A stretch of DNA of 64,000 nt. Source: a virus. Below the pieces are notes generated by a model. It saw nothing but the letters and a program-made list of their open reading frames with translations, made no database searches and had not been told where the DNA came from. Each line of letters starts with the position of its first letter. Within the stretch, counting starts at the first letter, position 1. Below, piece after piece: positions 1-10,321 of this stretch. The translations under genes and the position numbers were made by a program. The stretch is from positions 20,842 through 84,841 of IMG/VR virus record IMGVR_UViG_3300027782_006229. One strand, given 5' to 3'.

Positions 1-773
1 GTAAGCTGTTGTTGTTGGGTCTCGGTAAATAGATGTTCTCCTTTCGAAATACCAGCAACAGCTAACCCATTTTTAGTAAACATTGCATTAATTGGACCTT
101 CAAACAGAAATATATAGTTAAGATCGTCTTTTACATTACTAATGCCATAAAGAGACTTATCGCTCCCCATCTTAGACGTATATTTTGACTTAATATCATT
201 ACCACTCTGTATGACCGTTCGAGACTGATAGAAAATAATATCTCCATGTTCATTATAAAATGGAATAACCAATCTATTTTTATGTACCTTATCTTTTAAT
301 GAAACATACAAAGCTTTGGGTTTGTTGATAGATTTATGAATTCGTCTTTCCTTGATAAGCTTGAGACATGCTCTAACAACCTCATTATCTTTATGAAAAT
401 TTACTTGAGTTTTATCAAATAGATTGATTGAATCAGTAGGCAATGTTGGTGCAACATATTCTTTCTTTATTACCGCATCTTTGAAATCGTATACCTTTGA
501 AGTATCGTACTTACTAGCTTCATCTAGAATTTGAGCATATGTAAGCCCTGATATTTTTTCAATCCACTTAAGTGGTAGTGAACTCCAACCACAATTATGA
601 CAGAATATATTATTATTCTTCGGAATGTAAAAACATCTGCGTTTTGAACCTAAAGATTTACCTTCACGACAAATAGGACACCCGCATTGATAAGTTTTAT
701 TGTATTTGTTGCGTTTAGGCTGATACCCGTACGTATAAAATTTTTCAATGATGTATTCTTCAGGTAATATCAT
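1..773 (-). CDS. gp61: DNA primase (T4 gp61-like), truncated at window edge
   Basis: Manual translation from ATG at 773: MILPEEYII...CPIC...CHNC zinc finger and EGPINAMF Toprim motif; absent from ORF track. Confidence 0.9.
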   Translation of the reverse strand, partial: MILPEEYIIEKFYTYGYQPKRNKYNKTYQCGCPICREGKSLGSKRRCFYIPKNNNIFCHNCGWSSLPLKWIEKISGLTYAQILDEASKYDTSKVYDFKDAVIKKEYVAPTLPTDSINLFDKTQVNFHKDNEVVRACLKLIKERRIHKSINKPKALYVSLKDKVHKNRLVIPFYNEHGDIIFYQSRTVIQSGNDIKSKYTSKMGSDKSLYGISNVKDDLNYIFLFEGPINAMFTKNGLAVAGISKGEHLFTETQQQQL

Positions 774-1636
774 TTTAATAGTTTCACAATATAACTTTCA
801 TAGTCGTTACCAAAGCAAAAAATATCGTACCATCTATCTTGCTTCTTCAAAATAGAATCTAATTTAAGTTCTTCACAATACAACTTAAATTGTTTGAAAT
901 CATGATTTTGTGCAATATCTAATTGCTCTTTATACCATTCATGTTCATCTGCATGCATAGTATACTTGTCTAATCTAAAAAGACTATAGTTTCTTTTAAA
1001 CTCTTCGCTTTGCTCAGCTGTAGTTGCATATTCACCATCAAAATATTTTTTAATTTTTTTCTTACCCATACCAGTTACACCAGGTACGTTATCAGACTTA
1101 TCACCTCTAAAACATTTTTCAACGAGATAATGCTCTTTTGTAACTTTCATTATATCTAAAAAGTTATCAGCGGTAATTTCACACTTTTTAATAGGATCAT
1201 ATACAGTAACGTTAGCATTAATGCATTGACATAGGTCTTTATCAACAGTAACTATAACTTTCTTACCAGGGAGCTCTTTGCAAAGGTAAGCCATGCAGTC
1301 ATCTGCTTCAAGACGTAACGGGAAGAAGTTTTTTACACCAAGACAGCTTAGTAAATGCTTAATATGCTCGTTTTTAGAGTGAACTTGAGCACTATATTCA
1401 CGATCTCGATTACCTTTATAGTCAGCGAACATATCTTTACGTTCGTTTACACCATAATCCTTCTTTTCATCCCAGCAGCAGTAAATTTTATCAGGTTTAA
1501 ACTTTTCTACATAGGTTTTAACTGAGTTAAGTACCATATATACATGGAGATAAGAGTCTTCACCTTTAACTTGGTTGTTAGCTACCCAGAAGCAACGATG
1601 CACAAGGTTATTTCCGTCTATAATAAGGGTCTTCAT
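770..1636 (-). CDS. rnh: 5'-3' exonuclease / T4 RNase H-like flap nuclease
   Basis: IIDGNN, EADD, DKDL and GDKSDNVPGV motifs. Confidence 0.9.
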   Translation of the reverse strand: MKTLIIDGNNLVHRCFWVANNQVKGEDSYLHVYMVLNSVKTYVEKFKPDKIYCCWDEKKDYGVNERKDMFADYKGNRDREYSAQVHSKNEHIKHLLSCLGVKNFFPLRLEADDCMAYLCKELPGKKVIVTVDKDLCQCINANVTVYDPIKKCEITADNFLDIMKVTKEHYLVEKCFRGDKSDNVPGVTGMGKKKIKKYFDGEYATTAEQSEEFKRNYSLFRLDKYTMHADEHEWYKEQLDIAQNHDFKQFKLYCEELKLDSILKKQDRWYDIFCFGNDYESYIVKLLK

Positions 1637-1642
1637 AACCTT

Positions 1643-1670
1643 ATTATAGACGTTTTCCTTATAAAATCAA
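1643..1670 (-). promoter_or_regulatory. sigma70-like early promoter
   Basis: TTGATT-TTATAAGGAAAACGTC-TATAAT, 6 nt before the ATG. Confidence 0.65.
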
Positions 1671-2902
1671 GCTAAAAGAGCTTGAACAGGTTTACCTTTA
1701 TCTGCAACCTTGAATGGTCTGCCTTCTGGTGAGATTACAATTTGATCTACTGGTAATCCTGCTGCAGCTGCAATAGTAGCATTGAAGTCAGATGGGCTAA
1801 CAATGTTTTCAACTGATTTCATACCTTTTTCATCAGATTTACCATATGCTTGACCACCTTTGATACCGGCACCAATGAGTACTCCAGAGAAAGCACCTGG
1901 ATGGTGGTCTCTACCGTTATTAATGTTAATATTTGGTGTTCTACCAAAGTCTGTTGCAATTACAATAAGGGTTTTATCATAAAGCCCAGATGCTTTAAGG
2001 TCTTCAATGAGAGCATTAACAGCTTGATCAAGAATCTTAAGTTTACCTTCAAGAGATTCAAAGTTATTAACGTGAGTATCCCAACCACCATCAGTAACTT
2101 CAATAAACTTACAATTACCTTGTTCAATTAAACGTTTTGCTAAGCAAACACCTTGACCAAAACGATTATTACCGTATTTGTCTCTGGTTACTTGATCTAC
2201 CTTAGAAAGATCGAAGACATCAAGCTCATTTGAATTAAGAAGACGAATTGTTTGGTCATAAAACTCAGCATATGACTTTTGAGCTGGGTTAACAATCTTA
2301 TTAGCATCTTTTTCAAGCTTATCTAAGATTTCAATTCTCTTAGAAAACTCTGCTGCATTTTTAAGCTTAGTATTATCAAGACCTCTCATTGGATCTGCTA
2401 TTGGAATAGGAGAATACTTTTTAGGCATCCAACCAGAACCAGGATGATCAGCACCACCGCCGATTAAAACGTTTTGAGGTACAACTTTTGGTTTATTATC
2501 CTCTGTATAATGACACATCCATGCTCCCATATTAGGGTGAACGATTGTACCAATCTTCTTGAATGATGTTTTTTGTAAATACTGTGCTGCAGCGTGATCA
2601 CCTGTTGTAACCATCATAGAACGAACAACAGCCATCTTATCACCATGTTTTGCCATGAGAGGAAGGTGTTCTGAAATCTGATAACCAGCATTAGTGTTAA
2701 TTGGATTGAATACACCCTTTACTTCTGCATGTGCTTTTGGATCAAATGTATCCAAATGGCTCATACCACCATTCATAAAGAGGTAAATGATATGTTCTGC
2801 TTTTTTACCTGCAGGAGCAGCTGCTACATGTGGTAGAACGGTTACACCTAAGCCTGCTGATGCAAGATTAAGCACGAAATTACGTCTTGTTAAGTTATTC
2901 AT
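1667..2902 (-). CDS. DUF1501 family protein with Tat signal
   Basis: TRRNF twin-arginine leader; GGMSHLDTFDPK, GGWDTH, DFGRTP and GRDHH motifs. Confidence 0.9.
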   Translation of the reverse strand: MNNLTRRNFVLNLASAGLGVTVLPHVAAAPAGKKAEHIIYLFMNGGMSHLDTFDPKAHAEVKGVFNPINTNAGYQISEHLPLMAKHGDKMAVVRSMMVTTGDHAAAQYLQKTSFKKIGTIVHPNMGAWMCHYTEDNKPKVVPQNVLIGGGADHPGSGWMPKKYSPIPIADPMRGLDNTKLKNAAEFSKRIEILDKLEKDANKIVNPAQKSYAEFYDQTIRLLNSNELDVFDLSKVDQVTRDKYGNNRFGQGVCLAKRLIEQGNCKFIEVTDGGWDTHVNNFESLEGKLKILDQAVNALIEDLKASGLYDKTLIVIATDFGRTPNININNGRDHHPGAFSGVLIGAGIKGGQAYGKSDEKGMKSVENIVSPSDFNATIAAAAGLPVDQIVISPEGRPFKVADKGKPVQALLA

Positions 2903-2910
2903 GGCTTTTA

Positions 2911-4698
2911 TTATTTATTGAATTTGAACTCCGAACTATTAACTAGTGCCCAGATGATGTCATCATCCTGAACACCAACAAACTTACTTTTTTCATCAAT
3001 TGTTGGTTTTCTAACCAATATAGACTTAAAAATAACATCAATTGTATCAGCTGGTGATTTGCCTGTAAGTGTTTTTGCAAGATTTGTGTCTTTATTGATT
3101 GCAACTTCAGCTAATTGACCATTCATAAAAGAAATAACTTGTGTAACTGAACCTTCCTTTGAAGATGTATCAATTAATTCTCTATCACTACGACCAAGTT
3201 GTTCAAGAATCGTATTAACTGGATTGTTATCATTAACTTCAGACGCTCTCACTAGAGGGTAGTTACGATATTTTGGAGCTGTTTCATATTTTGAACGAAT
3301 CACCTTTTGATATTCTTCATTTTTAGCTTTTAATTTATCAATTGCCAAATCTTCGATACTATATCTCATTATTTTAACATATTCATCTTGGAAAGTTAAC
3401 TTAAATGTTTCAGGCTTAGCAATAGCGATAGACATAACTGAATCCCACAATTGCTCTGCTGTTAAACGTTGTTTGACTGGTCCAATGAACACAAATTTAT
3501 CTGTATTAGTATACATGCCGTCATAGAGTTCTCTTTGAAACAATGTTGTATTGTAAAGAACATACAGGAATTGCTTAGTATCATAGTTAACGTCTACCAT
3601 AATCTTAGCAAGAGTGTTCATAAGCTCACCATTAAGCTCTTTTTCATCGTGAATATTATCATAGTTATCCATTATATGTTTACCAAACACCCATTTCCAG
3701 TAACGATTAGCAATGTTTTTAGTGAATGTTGGATGATTTGGGTTAACTAACCAGCTAATAACATCCTTTCTCATATCAACCTTATTGTTAATTTCAGTCT
3801 TACCAGAAAGGACTGCAGGTATAACAACATCGCCTGGTTTTGCATCTTTATAATTGTAATCATGAGGTAGTTTCAATACACGCTTTTCATCTACTTCAAT
3901 ATTAGATCTCATAGCATTAACAAAGTTGTTAATAGTATTGTTTAACCCACGGTTCTTTATAGGATCAGCTTTAATTATAGCATCAATTTCTTCTCTCAAA
4001 GCTTTCTGACGAGCTGCTACCGCTGGATCTTTATCTTTACCACGACCTCTAAGTTCTATCTGGGTAAACATAGCAGCCATCTTATAAAACTGCATTTGGG
4101 TGAAGTCTTGGAAAGGATCATCATGGCATTGTGCACAACCAATATCGGTTCCCATGAATACTTTACCTGTACCAATAAGGTTATCTAATGGCATTCCTAA
4201 ATCACGATAGAAGTATCCTGTTGCTGGGTTATCATAATATGAACCTGTTGATGTTAACAGATCTGTAACAAACTTTGAATAAGATTTGTTAGCTGTGATT
4301 GAGTCTTTAACATAATCAATGTAAGGACCACCAGAAAAATTGTTAGTGGTGTTAATTCTATCACGCAATCTTAATGATTCAGCCCAGAAGTTAAACATAT
4401 GTGATGTATAACCTGGATGGTTCATAAGAAACTGTATTAAACCTCGTCTCTTATTAGGGTCTGTTGCTTTATTAAACAAGTCATACTCTTCATAGGTTGG
4501 ATTTCTACCAATTATTGTAAGATACGCTCGTCGTAAAAATTTATCATCATCAATTTTACCAAGTGGTATAACATTAGCTGCTACGTATTGTTTTTGTAAC
4601 ACAGAATCAATATTACTACTGTATGTGTTAAGTTGATCTAAAGTTGCACCAAATGATAGAGCGCAAACACTTACTAATATAGCTATAAGTTTTTTCAT
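2911..4698 (-). CDS. DUF1549/DUF1553 (PSCyt2/PSD1) protein
   Basis: Sec-type leader; FLRRAYLTIIGRNPT, GCAQCHDDPF (CxxCH), RLTAEQLWDS and WALVNSSEF motifs. Confidence 0.9.
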   Translation of the reverse strand: MKKLIAILVSVCALSFGATLDQLNTYSSNIDSVLQKQYVAANVIPLGKIDDDKFLRRAYLTIIGRNPTYEEYDLFNKATDPNKRRGLIQFLMNHPGYTSHMFNFWAESLRLRDRINTTNNFSGGPYIDYVKDSITANKSYSKFVTDLLTSTGSYYDNPATGYFYRDLGMPLDNLIGTGKVFMGTDIGCAQCHDDPFQDFTQMQFYKMAAMFTQIELRGRGKDKDPAVAARQKALREEIDAIIKADPIKNRGLNNTINNFVNAMRSNIEVDEKRVLKLPHDYNYKDAKPGDVVIPAVLSGKTEINNKVDMRKDVISWLVNPNHPTFTKNIANRYWKWVFGKHIMDNYDNIHDEKELNGELMNTLAKIMVDVNYDTKQFLYVLYNTTLFQRELYDGMYTNTDKFVFIGPVKQRLTAEQLWDSVMSIAIAKPETFKLTFQDEYVKIMRYSIEDLAIDKLKAKNEEYQKVIRSKYETAPKYRNYPLVRASEVNDNNPVNTILEQLGRSDRELIDTSSKEGSVTQVISFMNGQLAEVAINKDTNLAKTLTGKSPADTIDVIFKSILVRKPTIDEKSKFVGVQDDDIIWALVNSSEFKFNK

Positions 4699-4710
4699 AG
4701 TAGTCTTTTA

Positions 4711-5004
4711 TTATTTAATAACTTTATTTTTATTATAAAGATATTGTGATTTTAAAAGACTATAAATGTTGTTAGGTAACTTTTCAACTTCTTCGAGTAT
4801 TTTATTTTCAACACCGAAGAAAAACCTATCTTTAGGTACTTCTCTGTTTATATTTTTAGGAATAGAGATGAAATAAAAATTTTTATCATCCTTTTCCATG
4901 TAAACGAACATTTCACCTACATAATGCCCATTCTGAACAGCATATGGTATGCTTTTTTTAGGTTCAGGCTCTCGTTTAAAAATCATCCCCACCATATTTG
5001 TCAT
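4711..5004 (-). CDS. hypothetical protein
   Basis: ORF in operon context. Confidence 0.6.
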   Translation of the reverse strand: MTNMVGMIFKREPEPKKSIPYAVQNGHYVGEMFVYMEKDDKNFYFISIPKNINREVPKDRFFFGVENKILEEVEKLPNNIYSLLKSQYLYNKNKVIK

Positions 5005-5347
5005 TAAATTTACCCATTTGAATTGCGAAAAACTTCATTAGTAATGAATGTAATGCATCTGCATGTATGGGTGTATTACATTTTGTTAAAGCTATAGGTA
5101 CACCTTCACTATTATACCCTAATAACATAAAACAATCAAGAAATTCACTTATTGTACAAACAAGAGCATTATTAATATCTTCAACCCCTTTGTTTTTCTT
5201 TACTTCTTTCAGTTTGTTAGAAAGAATTTCATTTATTAGATTTTTAATATCTATATTCGATTGCACCTTCTCAGTCTCATCTTGAGAAGGTGCTTTGGGA
5301 GTGATTTTTTTCCTTTTATATTTTTTAGGTTCATCACTCATAAACAT
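4976..5347 (-). CDS. hypothetical protein
   Basis: ORF in operon context. Confidence 0.65.
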   Translation of the reverse strand: MFMSDEPKKYKRKKITPKAPSQDETEKVQSNIDIKNLINEILSNKLKEVKKNKGVEDINNALVCTISEFLDCFMLLGYNSEGVPIALTKCNTPIHADALHSLLMKFFAIQMGKFNDKYGGDDF

Positions 5348-5349
5348 AT

Positions 5350-5703
5350 TTAATCCAGTTTATAAAACGGATTAGTTGTGTCATTTTGTGATATACCTTT
5401 TTCAAGCAAATATTCCACAATAACCTCAATAGAATGGGTTTTGATAAAGTAGTTACGAGGAAACCTCACCCCACCATCATCAATTTCAAACATAATTTCA
5501 TTAAGTTTTTCTTTATTTTGATAACATGTAATAAACACAGATGTAACACCTGGATCCACAAGAATAGTCCACTTACGTGGATCAGAAATCCCATATTTCT
5601 GGAATATTCTAAGAGTAATAAAACCACTATCTTTTAAACGCTTAATAAAATATCCTGATGTTTTAAGCTTATTTTTGTCTTGGTATGTTAGTATGTGGTC
5701 CAT
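5350..5703 (-). CDS. hypothetical protein
   Basis: ORF tightly coupled to gp45. Confidence 0.65.
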   Translation of the reverse strand: MDHILTYQDKNKLKTSGYFIKRLKDSGFITLRIFQKYGISDPRKWTILVDPGVTSVFITCYQNKEKLNEIMFEIDDGGVRFPRNYFIKTHSIEVIVEYLLEKGISQNDTTNPFYKLD

Positions 5704-5704
5704 G

Positions 5705-6415
5705 TTATTGTGTGAGTGATGATAAAATATATCTTAATTTAAGCGGCCCTTGATCAATATCAAATATAAGTACCCCATACTTATTATTGATCGATACACT
5801 TACATTATCTGAATTAATAAGTTTAAAGTTATCAAAGTTAATAGGTATATTTTTAAGTTCATTACCAACTATATTTTTACCTACTTGCAATTGAAATGAA
5901 TCTGTATTATGTCTAGCTTTATCTGTAAGCTCACACTTTACCATACCATCTTCAAGATAAAAATAAATTTTATTAGTTTCGGTAGTAAAAGTAGAAGCTT
6001 TATTAATTTTACTAAAATCCTCTTTTACCAACTCAAAAGTAAAGTCGGTATCAAAGGACATAATCTTTTCAGGTTTAACTGAAGGGGGTGCAATGAAATC
6101 ATCTTCAAAAAGGTGATATTTAAATTTAATTTCTGGGGATTTATACTCCAGGTTATTTTGATTAACCTGGAGTTCAATTTCATCACTATTAATACAGTCT
6201 AAAACTCGATTAAGTTTTTTTAAGTCCGGTATACATAAGGATCTTTCGGATTCATTCGAATGGTTTAGAATCGCGTAAAGGATCAACGTATTGTCCGTCG
6301 ACGTTACTATCGACGATATTTTCTCCTTCTCCACTTTCACTATACACTGATCGTTTATCTTCGCTAGAGACTCTAGAAACTTTTCGATTTGTTGCTTTTT
6401 TAACTTTAACTTCAT
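5705..6415 (-). CDS. gp45: sliding clamp (T4 gp45-like)
   Basis: Size 236 aa, clamp-like pattern (LCIPDLKKL, LRYILS C-terminus), replication synteny. Confidence 0.75.
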   Translation of the reverse strand: MKLKLKKQQIEKFLESLAKINDQCIVKVEKEKISSIVTSTDNTLILYAILNHSNESERSLCIPDLKKLNRVLDCINSDEIELQVNQNNLEYKSPEIKFKYHLFEDDFIAPPSVKPEKIMSFDTDFTFELVKEDFSKINKASTFTTETNKIYFYLEDGMVKCELTDKARHNTDSFQLQVGKNIVGNELKNIPINFDNFKLINSDNVSVSINNKYGVLIFDIDQGPLKLRYILSSLTQ

Positions 6416-6773
6416 ATTGTGTGAATAATTCTACTAACTTACCAAGATTGCTTTCAATACCTTTTAATATAGAAACAATATCTGAATTATCAACTAGTTG
6501 AATAGGTCTAGATTCTTGTGGGTGTTGAATAACATGTGGTAAATTAACAGTATTTGGTGGTAGTTGAGGTGGTGGAGCAAATTGAGGTTGTGGTGGTGGA
6601 GGTGGCTGAGCATTTCTCAACGTACTCTCAAACAACTGCTTAACCTGCTCACTTTGAGGTCTCAAATGAGCTGATTGACCAACTAAATTTTGATCAATTT
6701 TTCTAGCCTCACCATAAACGCTACCCATTAAATTGAGTAGCATTTTTTGTTGTTCAATTGCGTCTGGGTTCAT
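6252..6773 (-). CDS. hypothetical Pro/Gln-rich protein
   Basis: ORF coupled to the gp32 stop; 3' end overlaps gp45. Confidence 0.6.
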   Translation of the reverse strand: MNPDAIEQQKMLLNLMGSVYGEARKIDQNLVGQSAHLRPQSEQVKQLFESTLRNAQPPPPPQPQFAPPPQLPPNTVNLPHVIQHPQESRPIQLVDNSDIVSILKGIESNLGKLVELFTQYEVKVKKATNRKVSRVSSEDKRSVYSESGEGENIVDSNVDGQYVDPLRDSKPFE

Positions 6774-7621
6774 AGATCTTTAAGAAGTTCATCGATATCA
6801 GCATCTTCAATACTAGAAGAATTAACTGATGGTTGCTTAACCTTATTACTAAGCTCTGCAATCGCTTCATCTGCTTCAGGTAATGAAGTTGTAGTTTCAC
6901 GGTCTTCAGCGGTCTTACAATAAAAATGCTCATCAAGCATTTGCTTAAGCTCATCTTCAGTCTTAACCCGGAATACATTTTCAAGGTCATGTGTAGACTC
7001 AAGAACTTCATCTTGCTTGGATTCACTCAAACCAAGATCTTTACCCACAGAAGTAAATCGTGAAGAAGTATATACTGGATAGTCACCTTGCTTTTCAACC
7101 TTAATCTTGAAGTTAACACCTTCTTTAGATAGATCAAAAACTCGCATACCGAACTCTTCAGCTTCATCACCACTAATAGCGCTATTGATAATATTACCAA
7201 GCTGTTTACCATAACGAAGAATTTTTACTTTGCCGTTATTTTCTGGCTTAGACGGATCATCAATTACATAAACATTAGTAAGCCATTGTTCGGCACGACG
7301 AATAGTTTTCATTTTCTCTTTTTCTTCTTCAGTACCGGTACGAAGAACTTTATATCTTTCTTCAGCAATAGGATCACGTTCACCGAATGTAGTAGGTGAA
7401 ATAGCACTTACATACTTACCAGTAGCAAGAGAATTCCAACCATGCGTAAAATGATGAAAAAGAGACTGCTTTGGATTTTTTGTATTAGGTAGAAGCCTTA
7501 CTGTATAGGTATTACCAGGTTTAAGTTGCATAATATCTTGCAAACTTCCTTGCTTATTATCTTGCGAAGTTAAAGCTTCTTTAATGGAATCGAACATTGA
7601 CGTTAGGTTATATTTACTCAT
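6770..7621 (-). CDS. gp32: single-stranded DNA-binding protein (T4 gp32-like)
   Basis: VRLLP, NVYVIDDP-PENNGKVKILRYGK, Y-SSRF, acidic tail. Confidence 0.9.
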   Translation of the reverse strand: MSKYNLTSMFDSIKEALTSQDNKQGSLQDIMQLKPGNTYTVRLLPNTKNPKQSLFHHFTHGWNSLATGKYVSAISPTTFGERDPIAEERYKVLRTGTEEEKEKMKTIRRAEQWLTNVYVIDDPSKPENNGKVKILRYGKQLGNIINSAISGDEAEEFGMRVFDLSKEGVNFKIKVEKQGDYPVYTSSRFTSVGKDLGLSESKQDEVLESTHDLENVFRVKTEDELKQMLDEHFYCKTAEDRETTTSLPEADEAIAELSNKVKQPSVNSSSIEDADIDELLKDL

Positions 7622-7632
7622 AGTATATCTTA

Positions 7633-8322
7633 TTATAAATTAGGTTTTGATAAATTCAACAGTTTTTTTTCAATTATTTTTAATCCTTCTCTAATTACTA
7701 TTTTAAGTCTTTGAGATGCAATAAATCTATTTCGGGTTTTGTAAAATAGATCGTAAAAATCTTTACAATAAAAGTCTAATAACTCTGGTTCTACACTCTT
7801 AATTTGTTTTTCCACATCTAACCCATGTAATATATAGAAATTAATTAAATGGGATTTGAGGTTAATTAAAAATAACGGTACGGGTGGTTGTGATGTCTTG
7901 TACTGTGATAGAGTTATACTATTTTGCAAACACTGATTGTATATATTTTTAAGAGCATCTTTACAATCTTGAATAGTTAGCTCATTATCTGGGTCTTGAG
8001 TTTCTTTTTTTCTCATATATTGAGAATAAGCAATAATTGCCTTTCTCATATGATAAAAACTCAAATCAAAATATTCTTCTTTTGAATAAATTTCATATGG
8101 TGCCCAGAAAAAGTCATTACATGAAATTGTCTGGTTTGTATTAAAAAATACACCGAGTTTTTTTAGACTGATATAAATTTCATCTGATATATCAGTAAAA
8201 TTTTGTCTTAATCTGAATGGTTTGTTTTTAGCTTTTTTGGATGCAATTAAGAATGCATTATAAATTCTCTTTTCATCTTCTGTGATATCATTTTTTGAGA
8301 GAATTGATGTATTTTGTGACAT
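7633..8322 (-). CDS. hypothetical protein, possible gp59 helicase loader by position
   Basis: 229 aa directly upstream of gp32, as gp59 is in T4; no motif confirmation. Confidence 0.4.
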   Translation of the reverse strand: MSQNTSILSKNDITEDEKRIYNAFLIASKKAKNKPFRLRQNFTDISDEIYISLKKLGVFFNTNQTISCNDFFWAPYEIYSKEEYFDLSFYHMRKAIIAYSQYMRKKETQDPDNELTIQDCKDALKNIYNQCLQNSITLSQYKTSQPPVPLFLINLKSHLINFYILHGLDVEKQIKSVEPELLDFYCKDFYDLFYKTRNRFIASQRLKIVIREGLKIIEKKLLNLSKPNL

Positions 8323-8575
8323 ATTTTGACTTTGTAATTGTATTATCGTAATCTATAAACATTTTAACTATTTCAAAGTCAGAATCAACGTCTAAAATTC
8401 TCTTTAATATGTTTTTCAATTTTATATCTTTAAGAATCAATAGAAATACGTTTTGAAAAGAAAGTTTTTTACCAACTAGAAGTGTACAAAATGTACAAAA
8501 AGATAATAAAGAGTGCTCTGTTTCATCTTCAACCAAAAAGTGGGCTGGATTATAGTTTTTGTTTGTAATTAACAT
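8288..8575 (-). CDS. hypothetical protein
   Basis: ORF in operon context. Confidence 0.6.
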   Translation of the reverse strand: MLITNKNYNPAHFLVEDETEHSLLSFCTFCTLLVGKKLSFQNVFLLILKDIKLKNILKRILDVDSDFEIVKMFIDYDNTITKSKYVTKYINSLKK

Positions 8576-8895
8576 GGCTTGAAATGTTTGGTTAGACCTA
8601 AAAATTCTTTAGTGAATGAGAAAATATGGCCTGAGCCTTTATTAAACACCTTTTTGTTAAAATCATTGATGTTAACATCAGAAATTTCACTCTTATACAC
8701 AACAACCTCTTTGTTTTTAGTGTTAACAACTAGTAAAACATCGCAGTTAAACTTCTTTTGGCATAATTTAATAAATTCAGGTGTTACAACACCAGTATCA
8801 AAAAAACTTACAAACATTTTACCGTTGAGTTTTAGTTGAAAAAACTGTGTTGTTTTGAATTTTTCTTTAAGGTAATCTATAAAGCTTTGGTTCAC
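8569..8895 (-). CDS. hypothetical protein, DHHA1-domain-like
   Basis: C-terminal KGSGH resembles the DHHA1 GGGH motif. Confidence 0.4.
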   Translation of the reverse strand: MNQSFIDYLKEKFKTTQFFQLKLNGKMFVSFFDTGVVTPEFIKLCQKKFNCDVLLVVNTKNKEVVVYKSEISDVNINDFNKKVFNKGSGHIFSFTKEFLGLTKHFKPC

Positions 8896-8923
8896 CTCAT
8901 TATTTAGAGGTTACTCCAAATAA

Positions 8924-10243
8924 TCAACTCGCAAACATACTCAATGAACTTAACATTTCACTTTCCATACCACCTGTTTGGCCATCTGCTTCTGAAATAG
9001 TTAAAGTTGAATAATCTATTTTCATTGATGTAGTTGTTCCACGTGCTCCAAATCGGTTTTTCATCATACCCATTTTAATAATCTCTAGTTCTCTATCTTC
9101 ATCATTCTGGAAGATAGAAACAATAACATCTGCAGTAGCTGCAAGACCGATAGACTCACTAATAGTATTAAGATCAGGGTTAGAAACATCAAATCCTGAA
9201 CGATTAAGCTGGGTTGCACTAATAACAGGACAGCTAAAGATGTATGACATAGCACGAACCTGCTCAGTTACATGTTTAATACGTTCATAACTGTTATTAC
9301 CCATTGGAGAATGTAGTAGATTCAAGTAATCTAACACAATAGCATCAATTTTAATACCTTTATCTTCAATTTTTTTAATGAAAGCTTGAATCTGCCTTGG
9401 AGTCATTGTTGCAGGAGGAAATTCTTTGATAAGAATCTTACCACCTGGCTTATTTTTCTTAATATCTTCAATGGCTGCTTTAAGAGATCCAGTCTCTAAA
9501 TGAAGAGTCTTCATTGGAATCTTACTTACATTAGTACAAATACGTTTCGCATACAATATTTCAGGCATTTCTAACGTAATTAACAGTACAGTTTTATTCT
9601 GATCTGCTATATTAGCTGCAATATTGCCGAGAAAAATAGATTTACCAATATTAGTCTCACCTGCAAAGACATATAAAGCTCGACCATCTCTCATAAAGCC
9701 CCCACCAATATAATCATCCAACCAAGGCCATGTACTTGGAATAGTTTCCTGTACATCCTGGATTTGCTTGATTACATTATCAATATCTGCATACAAGTCT
9801 AATCCAACATCAGTCTGCAAAGATATATTACAGCTTTTTTCAAATTTATCAAGAATTGCAGAGGTATCAGCCTTATTACTTGAAATATCAGCAGCAACCT
9901 CAAGTAAAGTACTAAAAACAGCCTTCTCTTTTAAAAATTGCTCGGTATTTTCATACAATTCATCTTCGTTGAAGCTTTTATCAAGGCTTTGAAAGCTGGT
10001 AAGCACGTTTTTAAATGATGATCTACTTACTTCATCACCACAATACTGCTTTATTTCCGTTAAATTAGGTAATTCATTGCGAACATCATAAAATCCTTTG
10101 ATAATCTCAAATATTTTTTTATTATCTCTGTTTTTAAAATAATCTGATTTGGTGTAATCAATAGTAGTTGCAAGATATCGTTTATCTGTACAGCATTTAT
10201 ACAAAAAGATATTCTCAAAAAAGTCCAAGTCTAATTTTAACAT
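8924..10243 (-). CDS. gp41: replicative DnaB-type helicase (T4 gp41)
   Basis: GETNIGKS Walker A; ITLEM, VLDYL, ATQLNR and KNRFG motifs. Confidence 0.95.
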   Translation of the reverse strand: MLKLDLDFFENIFLYKCCTDKRYLATTIDYTKSDYFKNRDNKKIFEIIKGFYDVRNELPNLTEIKQYCGDEVSRSSFKNVLTSFQSLDKSFNEDELYENTEQFLKEKAVFSTLLEVAADISSNKADTSAILDKFEKSCNISLQTDVGLDLYADIDNVIKQIQDVQETIPSTWPWLDDYIGGGFMRDGRALYVFAGETNIGKSIFLGNIAANIADQNKTVLLITLEMPEILYAKRICTNVSKIPMKTLHLETGSLKAAIEDIKKNKPGGKILIKEFPPATMTPRQIQAFIKKIEDKGIKIDAIVLDYLNLLHSPMGNNSYERIKHVTEQVRAMSYIFSCPVISATQLNRSGFDVSNPDLNTISESIGLAATADVIVSIFQNDEDRELEIIKMGMMKNRFGARGTTTSMKIDYSTLTISEADGQTGGMESEMLSSLSMFAS

Positions 10244-10310
10244 TACATTATAATAGTAGCTAGATATAGTATATCAAGATGGTAATTGTGGTATATTTTT
10301 TAAACAGTAT

Positions 10311-10316
10311 TAAATA
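10311..10316 (+). promoter_or_regulatory. T4-type late promoter core TAAATA
   Basis: TATTAAATA 5 nt upstream of the DUF1501 ATG. Confidence 0.65.
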
Positions 10317-10321
10317 ACCAT

